From Rhizophagus irregularis (lineage: Eukaryota): a stretch of DNA of 64,000 bases. Of the stretch, positions 37,691 through 52,286 are shown piece after piece. The notes below the pieces were generated by a model. That model ran no database searches and was not told where the DNA came from. It saw nothing but the letters and a program-made list of their open reading frames with translations. Numbering within the stretch: the stretch's first letter is position 1; every line of letters begins with the position of its first letter. The stretch lies in NCBI RefSeq assembly GCF_026210795.1, contig NC_089433.1, forward strand, positions 1,364,001-1,428,000. The letters are read 5' to 3'. The position numbers were made by a program, and so were the translations under genes.

Positions 37691-40600
37691 ATAGAATTTT
37701 AATATACCGTCATATTATCTGACTGAAATTAGGTATAGTAATCATTAATATAATTATCACTTTCAAATTTCAAATAATGAACATTCTTTTTGAATTTTTG
37801 AATTTTAGGAGTTTTCTGGTTGCAATTTTGGCCCATCTACCACAAAATCGTAAATAAAAGACCAGCAGATTTTACAATCACGCGATAATCACTCAAGATA
37901 TTGATAATATAGGCTTTATTTAATATTATTACATCCCAATTATCAGAATAATTACGTAAAATATCAGATTATCATTTTTTTAATAAAAAATATATTTTAT
38001 ATTGTAGTATAGTATAATAATCACATTTTTTTCTACATCAATACATCAATGATGTTCCTTTTTTTTATTCAGCTATATAAGTGATTATTTATTTGTATAA
38101 TATAAAACAATTTCTATAAGTTAATATTTAGGTTTACTCATAGCATATAAGTACAGATAAATACTTTTTTACTGAGGCATTGAAGATTTAAAATAAAAAT
38201 AAATAAAGATTTAATAATTCTGTTTTAATATTATGTTGTTACATTTATAATTATTAAATCATTTCTTTTACTGTTCGAAAGTTTCAATTCTCAATATTGC
38301 TTGTTTTTCTCACTTGAATTTTTTTTCATCTGTGACGTATAATAATATTTATTTAATGAAAAAATAGCCAATGTCTTTTTTGCATACTTTTAATTAAACA
38401 CGTGATTTAAAACTTTGTGATTGCATTTTTTGTGCTAAACTCTATTTGGTTACCTTTTTATTAAAAAAAATCCTGTTTGTATATTAACGAATTTAAATTT
38501 ATATTTTATATATACGTGGTATTTTTTTTTTTGATATTAAGCGAAATTTTCACACGGGCTCATTTACAATAATATCATTCGAATATCTATTAAGAAAAAA
38601 TTTAAATCCCCTTGTGACTTTTCACTTTATTTCACGGGGAAATCCTAAAAATAGAATGAAGAAAAAAAAAATGGTCTATCTATATTTTTTTTAATTTTTC
38701 TTATCAAAAAATTTTTTTTTTTCTTTGGAATTGAAACTTGAAATTTTTCCATCTATATTAAATAGATAAATTTTATTATTCAAGAGAAACCTACCAAAGG
38801 CACGGATTCAATTTCTGAATTCGGATATATCGGATAGATCTTTTTTCATCCTTTTGTTCTTTCTTTTTGTTTTGTTTTTTTTTTAAATAGTCACTTATTC
38901 AGTTATCACCTGAAAAAAATTGAATGTTAATGGATTGTAAGATAGCAAAAAATGTATATTGGATAGATCCTGAACCTGATATTTCAGAGATTTACCCATA
39001 TCGAATGATTGTAGATAGGCAAAGGCCAAAGACAAGATTTATTTGATTGGATAAATAACGAAGATAGAAAGATAAAGTAGTTGGTTAAGTAGGTTGAGAA
39101 GCGTATCCAAACTTCAATTACTGTAAACTTCCCCATAAAAAATTTCTTGGATTGATCACATGTCTTAATTTTTTCGGATCCATTTCCAGAAATTTTTTTA
39201 TAGGAAATTAAAAATACATATCCTGGAATCTTTTAAATAACATACCTTGGAATCTTTTAACTAAAATGATAAACAAATAAACGTAATTAAGCGAATTAAA
39301 TAATTTTCCGCCTTCTTCAAAATAACATTTAAGGTATGATATACATTATATAATAGAATCGGGGGGTTTTTTTTTGCAAACTCAATTAATCAAATTATAG
39401 TTTTATATACAATAATGATAAAAGTTACGTAAAAAGGATATAAAAAGAAACTTATAAAATGAAAAATCGTTCAAATTTATGTCCACCTTGTTACAATCAT
39501 CCAATATATATATATATCCACACATTTGTATTTTATACACATTTGGTAGTGTTTAAGTAAGTACACGGGAGATATATTATATATTTGTTTGGATAACTGG
39601 TATTTCATAATGATACTATAAATCAATATTTAGCGTTTAGGTTTATAAATTTGAGAAAAGGATTGTATAGAGAGTAGTCTGAAGAAATAGACATATATTA
39701 GGACAGGTATATTTTTAGATAAAAAAAAAAACCTTAGTAAATTAAAATAATAATAATACCTTTTATCCCATCGGTATTATGTATACACCGATGGGTTTTC
39801 TGTAAATTACTCCACCGGTATAAAAAAGTATAAAGAAGTATAAAATCCATACACAATGAGAAAAGCCTGTTATTTCATGGGTATCTAATAAATATTCCAT
39901 ATACACCGATGCTCCCCTCCCTTCGAGGGCCTCCAAGGCATCGGTGAATATTCAGTTACTCATTGGTACTCATGTAATAACAAGTATTTATTACTTCACT
40001 ATCATAAGATCTTTTATTCTTTGTGAATTGACGCATAAATAATGTTTCTTTCAAAGGAATGTAAAATCTGAACAACTTAACGAGAGTAATTTCAAATAAA
40101 AAATTTAGTCACCCTATATGCTGACATAATAATAGATGGCATCCGCGAAAGACGCAGTAATTTAGCCAATTACTAAGCCTTATATTTTTAAACAAAATAT
40201 TTAAAGAATTTAGTTTCTGCTACTTTCAGTATCAAAGAAATCAATCAAATAAAGAGTTCGTTTAATACAATTTGAATGTGTAGTTGATTATCAGAATCTT
40301 ATGATGAAAGTTATGCGAAAAAGATTTAATATATATTCTTTAGGCAATTTTTTTAGATGAAAAGATGATATATTTTGTTTATGACGCAGCAATTTCAAAA
40401 ATCGTAGTAGCATGTGAAATGTAATAAGTTGCAAAAATTATTAGTAATTAATGTAACACGCTGCTTTCCCAATTTCGAATATATTTAAGTTTTTGTTTTT
40501 TATTTTGTAATTAAGTAAATATGTAATAAGATTTAAAGGAATGTTTTTTTCTCTTTTCCAAAAAAAAAAATGATTGTTAATATATTTTATTGTTTCCTTA

Positions 40601-43600
40601 CTATGGGCTCGGTTCATTTCATTGACAATCATTTCACCAATCATCGATAGGAACATTTATCCAACAAGGTCGTTCATCAAATATTCGACAATAATGTTAT
40701 ATAAATTTTTATGTAATCTATGTAATTCAGCATTTACCATGTTCGAAATCATAATTAGCTAAGATGGTTTGATATACGAAGTGTCATTGATATTTAAACC
40801 AAATACTAGTATAATAATGGCACTATTAGACTATATTTGGTTTCAAATCATCCAATAATAATAATATTAAATATTATTGGCAATTTTTATAATAAATTCC
40901 CTTGAAAGATTTTCATATCCCGATATATCGTCATAACGGAGTTTGAATAAATTCCCAAAGTTATGTTTATATACACAAATATATAATTATATAATTTGTA
41001 TCAACTCATCTTATTTGTTTCTAACAGTTTCCTCTCTTTTTTACTGTGAAGGTTGAAGAATTGTTATATATTAAACATCATAATAATTATTTCTTAATAA
41101 AATTTAGTAGAAATATTTAAACGTAGCATATGCGCAGAAATAAGATTATAGGATAAATCGCCGGGCAAATTCTGAAAATTCTAACCATGGAAATTCCTTG
41201 CCCCCATTTATTTCAAATGAATCCAAGTTCCAAGTTATTGGAAATAAATAAAACGAAAAAAAAAGTCTTGAGAAATCACAAAAGTACAAAAGAACAGTCG
41301 AACAAATCAATACAATCATGCGATATATAAAAAATCACATTTATTAATGTATATTATAAATTTTTTTTTTTTGATAAAAAAAAACACAAAATAAAGCCAC
41401 TCGTATCAGAAATATATAATATAATAATTAAAATTCTTTTGTTTAACTTATTTAATCATATTAACTTTTTTTATCATATGTAAAGATCATATGTAAATGT
41501 TTATATCGATAAGATTATTAATCATAAATAAACTAAAGTTTTGTAACATGTACGTGTCTTTCCTTTAGAAGTCCAGAAATAGAGAAAAATTATGGGTACT
41601 TGGAAGAAAAGGGGAATGGGAACTCACGGAAAAACCAAAATAAGTTAGGAATGAAAATTTCTTTGATAAAAGAATATGGAATCCTTCCCCATTTGGGGGA
41701 AATCATAGGAATAATCTCTTCCGAATCCGATAAACAAAAAAAAATACAATTAAAGAAAAACAATAAATATTTTTTGAATGTAAATATTAAACTGGTTTTG
41801 CAATTAAATGAACCACTCATATACTGTATCAATAATATAAAAAGAAACCAACAGGGCATAGTCCGATATGTGAAGATATGTAAGATTATTGCGTGGTTAC
41901 CAAATAATACTACTCTCATTTTATTGTTATTACGAATTATGTTTTATCGGACGCGAGATCTTTTATTGTATTATTTTATTTTGTATCCAAATTGGTATTA
42001 CTCATTTGCTTTATTCATTTATCCAAATTTATATAAAGATTAAGTTTTAATAAAATAAATTATTTATATATAATAATATATACGTATTGTATATGTATAT
42101 AATGTTAGAATATATATATTTTCTTCTCTCATGCTAAAATTAGAGTCACAGTACGCGTTAGTGACACCATCAATAATAATTCATTCCTAATTCGTTACGC
42201 CTATCAACTTTATCAACTTATATCTATTTTTTATCACATTTTATTACATTTATCACTCAGTTATTTTAAATAATAATAATAATAATAATAACAAAGATAA
42301 CAATTAGTCATGATTTCAATAAATTAAACAGGATGATTTTTTAAATGATAGTGAAACAGATTTAAAATATACAAGAATGTTCTTTTGCAGCAATGGATGA
42401 TATTACTCTAATAATATATATTTTATATAATAGATTTAGATTATAATAATAAATTCGGAAGAAGATTTTACTTTTTTAGGTTTTTCTAACTGCAAATTGA
42501 AATTATATAAATTACCTATAAAATTGAAAAAAAAATTTGCACTTTTTTAAAATGGATCCCGTTTGCGACGATCTCTCAATACTTTTTTTATTTCATCTGA
42601 CCATTTCAACATCTTACCTTGATTTGATAGCATAAATTTTGTGCGTCCATAATGTTTTCTTTCATGACAACATGAAACACTTTTTGAACACTTTTGAACT
42701 GGCCACCGCAGCAAAATGATCGCCAAATGAAACATTCGTGGACAAGGAGATTAACAAAGAAATAATAAGTCCTTAACAAGATTAGAATTTTCCGATGCAA
42801 TTTTAATGTTGCAGTAATTCAAAATTTTACTTTTAAACATGTATTATACCCAAATATAGAGTATAAATTCTTATTTCATGTCATGTCTATCTTTCATCAC
42901 GTAATATAATCAACTGTATTTTTACGTTTTAAAATTATTAAATCTTTCTTTGTTATCTTCTTATAGTAGTTACAAGGTGCCATTAATTAATTAGAAATAT
43001 GATTCTAAATCATGTCGATTGATTGGTTTTTAATAAAGTTTTCGTAAAATGTTTGTTACTTAATTCTTTAAATTTTATAAACACATCATAACATTAACGC
43101 ACGTTAATATTATTATTTTATTATAATATTTTTCTTTCTATCTCTAATTAATCTTGTAAAACAGACAAAGTATTTTGAAAGTTTCGGGTAAATTTCATTC
43201 CATTACAATATCTTCATTTATTTATTTTGGTCATCAACAAACGTATCTCATAAACTTGGTATCAATACGTTTTAATTGATATTATCATCAATTTAAATTT
43301 GTTCAATAAGAGGAGATATATCAAATATTGTTGTTACATAATTGATTCGGAATCGATTCGAAGAAATCTTTATGTATTTCAATCGGTACTTCTTTTTTTT
43401 TTTTGAGATCAATTAATCATGTGACATTAAAATTTTATTTTATTAGCGTATTTCATTAGTTATCAGTTATGGTATATTAAAATTACAGTAATTTTTAAGG
43501 ATATTACGTAAAAATTATTATGAATATAAATATTTATTTACATCAGTTTTAGATAATAAAATAACAAAGGGAGTATAAAGAGAATTTTTCTATAAATTTT

Positions 43601-44549
43601 ATGAATTTATAAACTTTCAAAAATTTCATTAAAGAATATAAAATAAGAAATATAATTAATATATATATCTATACTTTTTTGATATATTCTTTATAATAGA
43701 ATGAGCCAACGAAATGACATTACAGTATGAAGATGATCATGTGATTATCGATTAATTCTTAATATATCTCATATAGTCATTATTATTTATACATTAGCAT
43801 ATATTATTGGATATTTAAATTTAAACAGTTAAAACGAAAAAGCAGAAACTCAAGGAGTTTCAGTCTAAGAAAAAAAAATACTTACCAACGGGATCTTAGA
43901 TCTTCGTCTAGGGTCTTTGTCAAAAAAAAATCACAGTTTTGGCAACAAAATCTGATTGTTTGAGATAAAATATGACTTATGAGATCTAATAACTTAATAC
44001 CTCAGTTTATTTTTGATTAAGAAGTGGATGTATAGATACAATAAATCAAAAAACGCAGGAGTGATTACAAGAATTTCGCTTTGTCTGAGATTAAAAAGTA
44101 AACTAATACTACCGGCCCAATGATTTACGAGAATATATACTTTTTCTAATAACAGCTCTTGTGCGCTATAAGACCGTTATTTGATTCTTTGAAATTATTT
44201 CAGTTTTTTTTATTACATATTTTACCTGATCATTATCAAAATTTATTTAGAGTTCTCTAAATTATTTAAATAAATTTAATAAATTTGTGGAAAATCATCA
44301 TGTATCATATCAGTCAACCATAACGTAAAAATGCACGTGAGATGATTCGAAATATTCACGTGATCAAGAAAATTTTCCAATATTCGCGTTCTAAAACAAA
44401 CGAAGTTTCGGGATCCTTTTTTATTACTTTTATTTAAACATTATTAAAGAGATTAATATTATAAACCCAGTTTTCATGAGAAACCATTTTTGATTAAAGA
44501 ACTTTTATTTTATAAATAAATCAATCAAAGGATATTGTTCGTGGCTGAG

Positions 44550-44636
44550 GCCCGGCTAGCTCAATCGGTAGAGCGTGAGACTCTTACGAGAACCATCGTA
44601 ATCTCAAGGTTGGGGGTTCGATCCCCCCGTTGGGCG
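44550..44636 (+). tRNA. tRNA-Lys(CTT) with 14-nt intron (44587-44600)
   Basis: GCCCGGC acceptor stem pairing with GTTGGGC; D arm TAGCTCAATCGGTAGAGC; anticodon stem TGAGA/TCTCA with CTT at 44583-44585 and intron after A37; T arm GGGGGTTCGATCCCCC. Confidence 0.97.
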
Positions 44637-44650
44637 TTCCGAAATCTTGA

Positions 44651-44661
44651 TTTTTTTTTTT
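44651..44661 (+). terminator. RNA polymerase III oligo-T terminator of the tRNA
   Basis: T11 run 15 nt downstream of the tRNA 3' end. Confidence 0.75.
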
Positions 44662-45378
44662 ACACGTACTTTACGAAGCACCTAGATTTTAATTACGTAA
44701 TAAGTGGCACATATCTGATATTAAGAATTCATTGATGATCAAAAATACCTAACTTATTATGTATATGTTTGAACTATTATTGTGCAAATTAAAAAGGCCG
44801 AGTATAGCTTGAATGCGAGTTGATTGAATGCGTTGTTTTTCGTTTTGATAAGAAATTTCATTTTATCATACATTAAAAACTTTTTGGTATATGGAATACC
44901 AAATAGGATTTTAAGTTTGTCGTATTGGAGAATTTCAGAAATTAGAGTTAAAATTTCTCGACGTGTTTAAATGTAGGTCTAAAAATATTGATATCAAAAT
45001 TGTTTCATTAAAAAAGCACCTATTTAAATAAAGTTTATGCTGAAGTAAATCTATTCCTTTTCTTGATAAAGAATTAACTTTATTACATATCTGGTATAAT
45101 TTTTAGTATATTACAATAAGATTACAAAATTAAAATTATTGCAGTCATACAAGATATTTGCTGTAATAATCTTTTTTTTTTGTAAATATTCTAAATATTT
45201 TGCATAAAAAATAGTGTGTTATTTAATCACAAAACAAAAATCTTCGATGAACAAAAAGAAAAAGTCCAAAAGGAAATAAAAGATAAATAAATAAATAGAA
45301 ATAGAAAATAGATAGTAGAAATTATAATACAAAAAAAAAACCAATACAATGTTTGTTTAGAAACAATAAATAAAGAAT

Positions 45379-48300
45379 TCAGATCCTGAATCCTTTTATA
45401 ACCAAGACAGGCGATAATGCCTGTTTTGGTACAGTTTCTTCAGCATTGATATCATTTTGATCTTCGGACATTACAGCGATTACGCCATCGCTACCGCGAT
45501 GCGTTCTCGTGAACTTTTTATCATTTTGTTGAATATCTTCCGCATTACCGTCTTCTGAATTTTCATCTGATATTCCATTTAATTCATCATTTTGCTGCAC
45601 TTCTACCAATCTATCAAGTTCTTCAAGCGCTTCTGAAGTGAAATCCACATCAAACAATTCACTAATAAGTCTTCGTGAAGGTAAACGATAATGATATGTT
45701 GATAACATTTGAATTGCTTTATAATATGTACTTAGATTAGTAAATACTTCTGGATGCTGTGATCTTATTCTAAATAAAATAGATAAAATGTAAATATAAT
45801 TAAATTAATAATTTGAATATTAAAATTTATAACTTACTTTGAAAGACTTCGAGAGCCAGCATTTGATAATATTCGATTCGTTAGATTTGCCATTGCTTTA
45901 AACAAATTCCTTTCAACCGATGAACATGGTACTATAGGTTTTGATGGTGTATCAAGGGCTGATTCAAAACCCGTGTACTTCCATTTAGGAAACTAGAGAA
46001 GTAAAAACATGTTATCAATAATATTACTACTATAATTACTTTTATATTAAAAAAATATGTGCATATACACTTACGGATAGAAATGCTTGAGAATTTACGG
46101 GTATACATAAACCAGTTCCTATTCCCGTGTTTGCGTCGTATACACACTCCCATCCAAGATCTTCTAACATTTCAATACCTGATGCTGTTTTTGTTATTAA
46201 CCCTAAAACAAAATAACATGTCCTATAATCCGCATATTATTAAAGAAAGGTTAATTTAATATCATAATTTAACAACATTGATAGGATTATAATAATTTAC
46301 CCTTTCAAAGATAGGACTGAGGAATTTTCTGCAATAAACACTATATCCTTAATTATATCTTCTTCCTCTAAAAATTGTAATCCACTCTTCGATGACCCAA
46401 TATTTCCCTAGATTATAGAATTCACATTAAATATAAAACTGGACGACAACATACATTTAACTTCATATTAATTCTACTTACCACAGTCCAAAGAACCGAC
46501 TTGAGTTTTGCTATACCGGATGCGTCACGCGATTCTAATTTGTGCGCTCTCACAAACTTTGCGAACTCGCGAAAATGTCCTTTTTCTCTTAATAATTGAC
46601 AACCTTCGTTAGTTTTCGCAAGTTCACCATAGAAATGAGGAGGCGATATTCCATCAAATGGTTGCCTATTTAATGTTCATAAAAAAACCAATAAGCTCAT
46701 ATATCTACTACATTAATATGTTTATTGTTTTAAAATCATACTCTAACATTTTGTCATCATCATCGAAACGGTTATCACCTCCACCAAGTTTTAACGCTGT
46801 TGACAACATAACTTCCAATTGAGTAACATAATATTGATTCCGACTCTATAAATACAAAGATATGCGGTTATTAGAAATTATAAGTAGCATTATGTATCAT
46901 ATAAATTTAAAATTTACTTGGAACCACTCATCCATTTCTCTTTCGACATAATCGAATTCAGAAAGGTATTTGAATCCTATTGAAGTAGACAGAAATCTTA
47001 ACAACAAAGGATTTCCTACTTCTCCTAAATGATCCAGGCTCGGTCGAAGCATAACTAGCGATTCGATATTTTCCTTGTGATTACAAGTTTCTTCAAGAAC
47101 ACGAACCGCCATTTGACACACTTCCATAGCGGGATCGTATAACTAAATATGTTAATAAAAAATTAAATAACTATAAGGTTAAATTATTAATCGGAAATTT
47201 ATTACAAACCTGGGTAATAAGTAGTTGTATTCCCCATTCATTAAATTTTTTCGACGACGTCCTTAAAATCAGACCCAAATGCTTTGTCGCATATAACCTT
47301 ACACGCTATATAATTTGACAACATAATAAATTTAGTAAGATGGAGGTATAAATTTGCAACTTTAATAAAAAAGGTAATGCTTTCTTTTTCTTTGAAAAGA
47401 AAAAGGAATGGAAAAAAAAATAAATAAAAAAAAAAATTTTTTTTTGGTAAAGATAATGAGAATAACCAGACTCGATATGTATCAAATTTATAAATTAATC
47501 ACCTTGTAACCTGATGTCATCACTTTGGAAAGAAGAATGCGTGGATGCCCATCTCTAATTAGGTAAAATTGATTATGTTGAGTATTTACAAGAAAACTAA
47601 TATTATTTTTTTATAAAATTATTTTTTGGAACAACATACAGACTATAATCTAGATTCGTAATAATAGCTTTAATCAAGTCTTCGCGACTTCTTAGTTCAC
47701 TTAAATGATAAAACGTGTTGAAAATTTTGAACTTTTCCAATAATCTTATAGGGACAAGATATATAGAATCATTAGCAAAATAAATGATTTAACAAAATAC
47801 AGGTATATGGGTATGTATGTAAGAAACAAACCTAACACCTTCTTTATATTTGCTAAAATACCCTAAGATGGTGAAATATCCAGATGTAAGTGTGTTATTT
47901 ATTCGTTCTTTAGAAAACAATGGCTCGGATTCAGAAGTTCCATTAATCTTGGTAAAGATAATTATTAATAAATTAATATGGTATTACATAAATCTTTCAG
48001 TCATAATAGACATTACATACGGGATCAAGCTGGTTTAGACCATCTGCGATCTGTCTCAAGAACTTGTTACTCTCTAAATATCTTACACCATCACTACATG
48101 CTAATAATGTAGATACAAGAGTGCATCCCAATGTTACAAATATTTCGTTTTCCTATTTATATAAGAACACAGCTCAAAACATTATTTTCTTAATTATGAT
48201 TTAATCAAAGGAGAAATAAAATAATTACGGAGGTCTTTTCAATTTCTGAGAACCTTCGACTAGTTGGCCGGAAAAATCCAATTAGACGTTTTACAAACTT

Positions 48301-50947
48301 GGATCTAATAGCTTCTTCTAATCTTCGTGGATTAAGTAATGGACCTTGCAACAATTCCATCATAGTTTCAAAGTCCCATTTTTTACCATCTTTTGTGCTT
48401 AAGACCTATAAAATTCTCAAGTCAGAAATTAATGGGTAAATATTAAACATCATTACCTTTAGAAATTTCCACAAACCTGAGACTCCATTAGCAAACTCAC
48501 AAAATGCTTATCATCAATTTGCATACCCATCTTAATCTTTACATTTTCAACCTGTCGAGCATTACGACTTCGAGGGTTAAGCGATGAATCGTTATCTACA
48601 CTATTGATTTGTAACCGATTTCGTGTTCTATTTAAATTATCGATATGTGAGAGAGCAGCAGTAGCACTATGCCGTACGATCTCATCATCAAATTTTGTCG
48701 CTAAACTAAAAAGTCTCGGTAGAGACTGAATTTCAATTAATTTTGATAAACTAAAAATAATGAATGTTGTAACTTTTAAACATAAAACATCTTACTTGAA
48801 TTCGTATTGAACGAGACACTGATAATAATCTATTTGACAATTGAAGAATTTCTCCAATAAAAAGTGTAGCTTTGCGAGCAACATGTTGATTCTTATCCTC
48901 AATAATTTCAACAAGTGCCTTTAATTTTACAAAAAAAAAACTCTATTCAAAATTTTTTACAAAATATTTAGCATTAAGACAATTCAATAATTATTACATA
49001 CATCAAGAAGTCCAGAATCCATAAATATATCAAGTAAGACTACCAAATGATGGTCCAATAAGTTTAATCTGTCATGAACATTTATAGATGAGGGTGGTGG
49101 CTCGCCAATATTATTATCTTTTTGTTCAGGATTACCATATACTATAATAATAATTATTTAGTATTCCAAAATTAAGACTTAAATACTTAATCATGTCCTA
49201 TAAATAAATCATTTAGACGATCAAATGTATTACAATAAAAAATTTTTATTAAAAAAAATGGTTTACCAGTTATCCTTTTTCCAGATAAAAAATTAGGATA
49301 CCAATTTGGAGCCTTTATCCTGAAAATGTCGAAAAACATATCAAGCATGATTTCCTATGGATTATAAAAAATTCTATCGGATAAGAGATCTTGGTCATAA
49401 ATAGCCCGATATTTTAACAGATAATAATAATAAAATTTTCATGTAAACCATACACCTACTGACCCTCGTTTCATCCGAAGTTATCCTGAGCGATTCCACG
49501 ATAGATTTTATTGCTTGCTTATTGTCTCTACAAAGATATATAATCCCCGTCCATGATTTTAATAACACAGAGATTGCTCTAGAACTTGCTCTAACCTGCT
49601 GTTCAAATTTAGATCCTTTATTACAAGCATCCGTGAACCCGGAAAGTACAATCTAGCCATTATTTAATTTATCCGTTAAATGACTTTGGGTAAATTGTAA
49701 TCACTTTTTCCTTCAAAGTTTATATCCTAACCTCTAAATCAACTCCAGGTCTAATGCACTCTCTAGAATCCGGGGTATCTATCACATATAATAAAGCCAT
49801 TATCAAATATTCAGCAAGTTCTACAGGTCCATCAATTAAAGCTTGAAGAAGTACTCTCATCCCACCACAACTTGTAACAATTTTTGGCTCACGAATCACT
49901 GAAAATATTACATACTTGTGTAAATATAAAATTATCCAAGGAAAAAAAAATTATTATTAATTGAATTAATCATGATTTTTATTCATACTTATTTCAGCCA
50001 GAGTCTCTAGACATATATTTCTTAATTTCTCATCAGGCTGTTCGGCAATTGACACAATCGCTCGCATAACACCAAGAGGTATTAATTTAGTACCACCAGG
50101 TACATCTGAAAAAGTTCGCAAAAGTTTTAAAACTTGTTCTCTCTCATCATTGAATAATTTTGGATCTTTCGCTAAGGACCTATAATATTACCAAAAATTT
50201 TAGTTAATTTTAATTTAAAAAAAAAACAAAAAAATTTAATAGTAATTTACCTCATAATAAATATATCGTAATGTAAATCTGTAATTTGTTTTAATGTTTC
50301 AGTATCCGCAATTAAATACCTCAATGCTCGATATCCAGCAATCCTAACTTCCTTTACTGGATCCGATACACAAAATCTCAATCTGATCGGAAACACATTA
50401 CAAGTGGAATATGAGTTATTTCGAAGTAAGAAATTATTATGAATTATTTAACACATACCCGTATAAAAAAGGTTTAGCTGGATATGTATATTTTAATCTT
50501 TCATGGTTTTTAATTAGTCGTACCAAACTATTTAGTTTATCGACTCGCGTTGCAGATTCTTCGTTTCGATCTTTAATACAAGCCAGAACATCTTGTATTA
50601 TCTCCGCAGGTGTTCGATTTTTATCTAATTCATTTAAAATGTTCATGTAAAAAACAACAATCACGTCATAGGTAATTAGTCAATTAATTAACATTAAAGG
50701 TTTAAATTATTTTAAATAAGAAATAAAAACCTTCGTCTCGTTCAACATCGGATTCTATTTGTCTTATTAAATTCTTTCTGACACGAGGAGATGCCGCTAG
50801 GCGACGCCGATATGACTTCATGCTCATACTCCCTAACGCAATGCGTCAAATTAAATATAGTTAATACGAAAAGTATTGTTATTAAACAAAAAAAAAATGA
50901 TTTAATTGACCAAAAAAAGTAATAAATATACCTTCAACTTCAGTCAT
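45379..50947 (-). CDS. RICTOR: TORC2 subunit Rictor/Avo3/Ste20, more than 20 exons
   Basis: Exon peptides VRIAGYRALRYLI, EREQVLKLLRTF, ICLETLAEI, KWDFETMMELLQGPLLNPRRLEE, MEVCQMAVRVLEE..LRPSLDHLGEVGNPLLLRFLSTSIGFKYL, PPHFYGELAKTNEGCQLL, LWTVGNIGSS, YHYRLPSRRLISELFD. ATG at 50947 is in frame across the first two introns. Confidence 0.95.
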
Positions 50948-52286
50948 AATTTCCAGTCTGTGCTTTTGCCTCTACATTAAAAATTTTAGGTTAATAATAT
51001 TAAAGTAATTAAATAAATGTTAGCTATAAAGTATTTGTATAAGAAAAAACTCACTTCATAAGTAACTTTAATACTAACGTGAATTATAAAAAAAAATAAT
51101 TATATAAGATAATCGATGATTCTTGATTACGGGAAAGTCCAACTTGTTGAATATAGAATATATAAAATTTTTAGACGTCGCACATTGTGCGCTCGCCCAA
51201 ATCAGATGGTTTGATCAGCCAAAATTTGCTTCAAAATCGGATTGGATCTCAATTCGATCTCAGTCAAACTCCTCATAATTAGATGAAATGTTCACGTGAT
51301 TAGAAAATGATTTTCGTGGAGAAACGCTGCGAAGCAGTTCGGATAATATTTTAATATCCCTATCCAATAGCTGTGTTAGTCCAAGATCATGCTTCACATA
51401 TATAAGAATATACCTTTTTTATTATAGTAACCAGACTAACCAGACTATAAAATTTAATATTTATATTCATATGATATTTTATAATCTAAACCATGTAAAT
51501 ACATCAGAAATATTAAAGATGTTTACGCAATAAATAATTTATTTTTATCTTAGTCTAAAAAATGATCCTATTTGCTGCATAGTAAATATCGTGAATTTTA
51601 AGCCATAATATTTACAAAATTTAGTTTAAATTTTTCTTTTTATAAATCAAAAAAATAATACATGCGAAATGACGAACGCGTTATTCTCTATGGCTTAAAG
51701 AACAAAGACAATAATATAATCATTGTATAATTAATATTCTTCAAATAGTAATAAGTTGGAAATTAAATATTAATCTCTTATGTACAGTAGTATTATTGCT
51801 CGATTATTTTTTTATATTATTGATACTTTACATGATCGCTGGATTCCTCGAAACGGATGTATTTTTCACGATTACACCTGAATTTACAATGGGCGTAACC
51901 AAAAGGCATAACGTGGATTAGCTTCGGCTGCGATTATTGTGGAACCATTTGAAAATTTAAGAAGCGGCTTCCTGAATTCTTGAATAATAAGCTTCCATTT
52001 CTGGTCCTAGCTCGTCTGTTTCATTCCCGTAAAAGAATCATATTACAGAATTATGCATGCTAATTATTATAAAAGGTTAACTTAAACCTTAAAAATGATT
52101 TGTCAGCCGATCTGGTGCATTTAGATTTGTACAAGAATTTTATATAAAATAAAGTTCAAAAAAAAAAGAAAGAAAAATTTTCTCGACTTTTGTTTTAATT
52201 AAAAAGAATGAAACCCCAGAAAATATAGCATATAACAATAAAGGCTTTAAATTATTTAAATTGTAACCACTGAAAGTTAAAATATC

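Noticed and set aside
40260..40800. Possible remnant of a kinase/Sel1-repeat family gene
   Set aside because: Only vague similarity, multiple stops, no diagnostic motif.
41590..42800. ORFs 41600-42043, 41590-41919, 42547-42735 and 42606-42800
   Set aside because: No recognisable domains or convincing exon structure; consistent with chance ORFs in AT-rich DNA.
44535..44735. 66-aa ORF
   Set aside because: Overlaps the tRNA-Lys gene; spurious.
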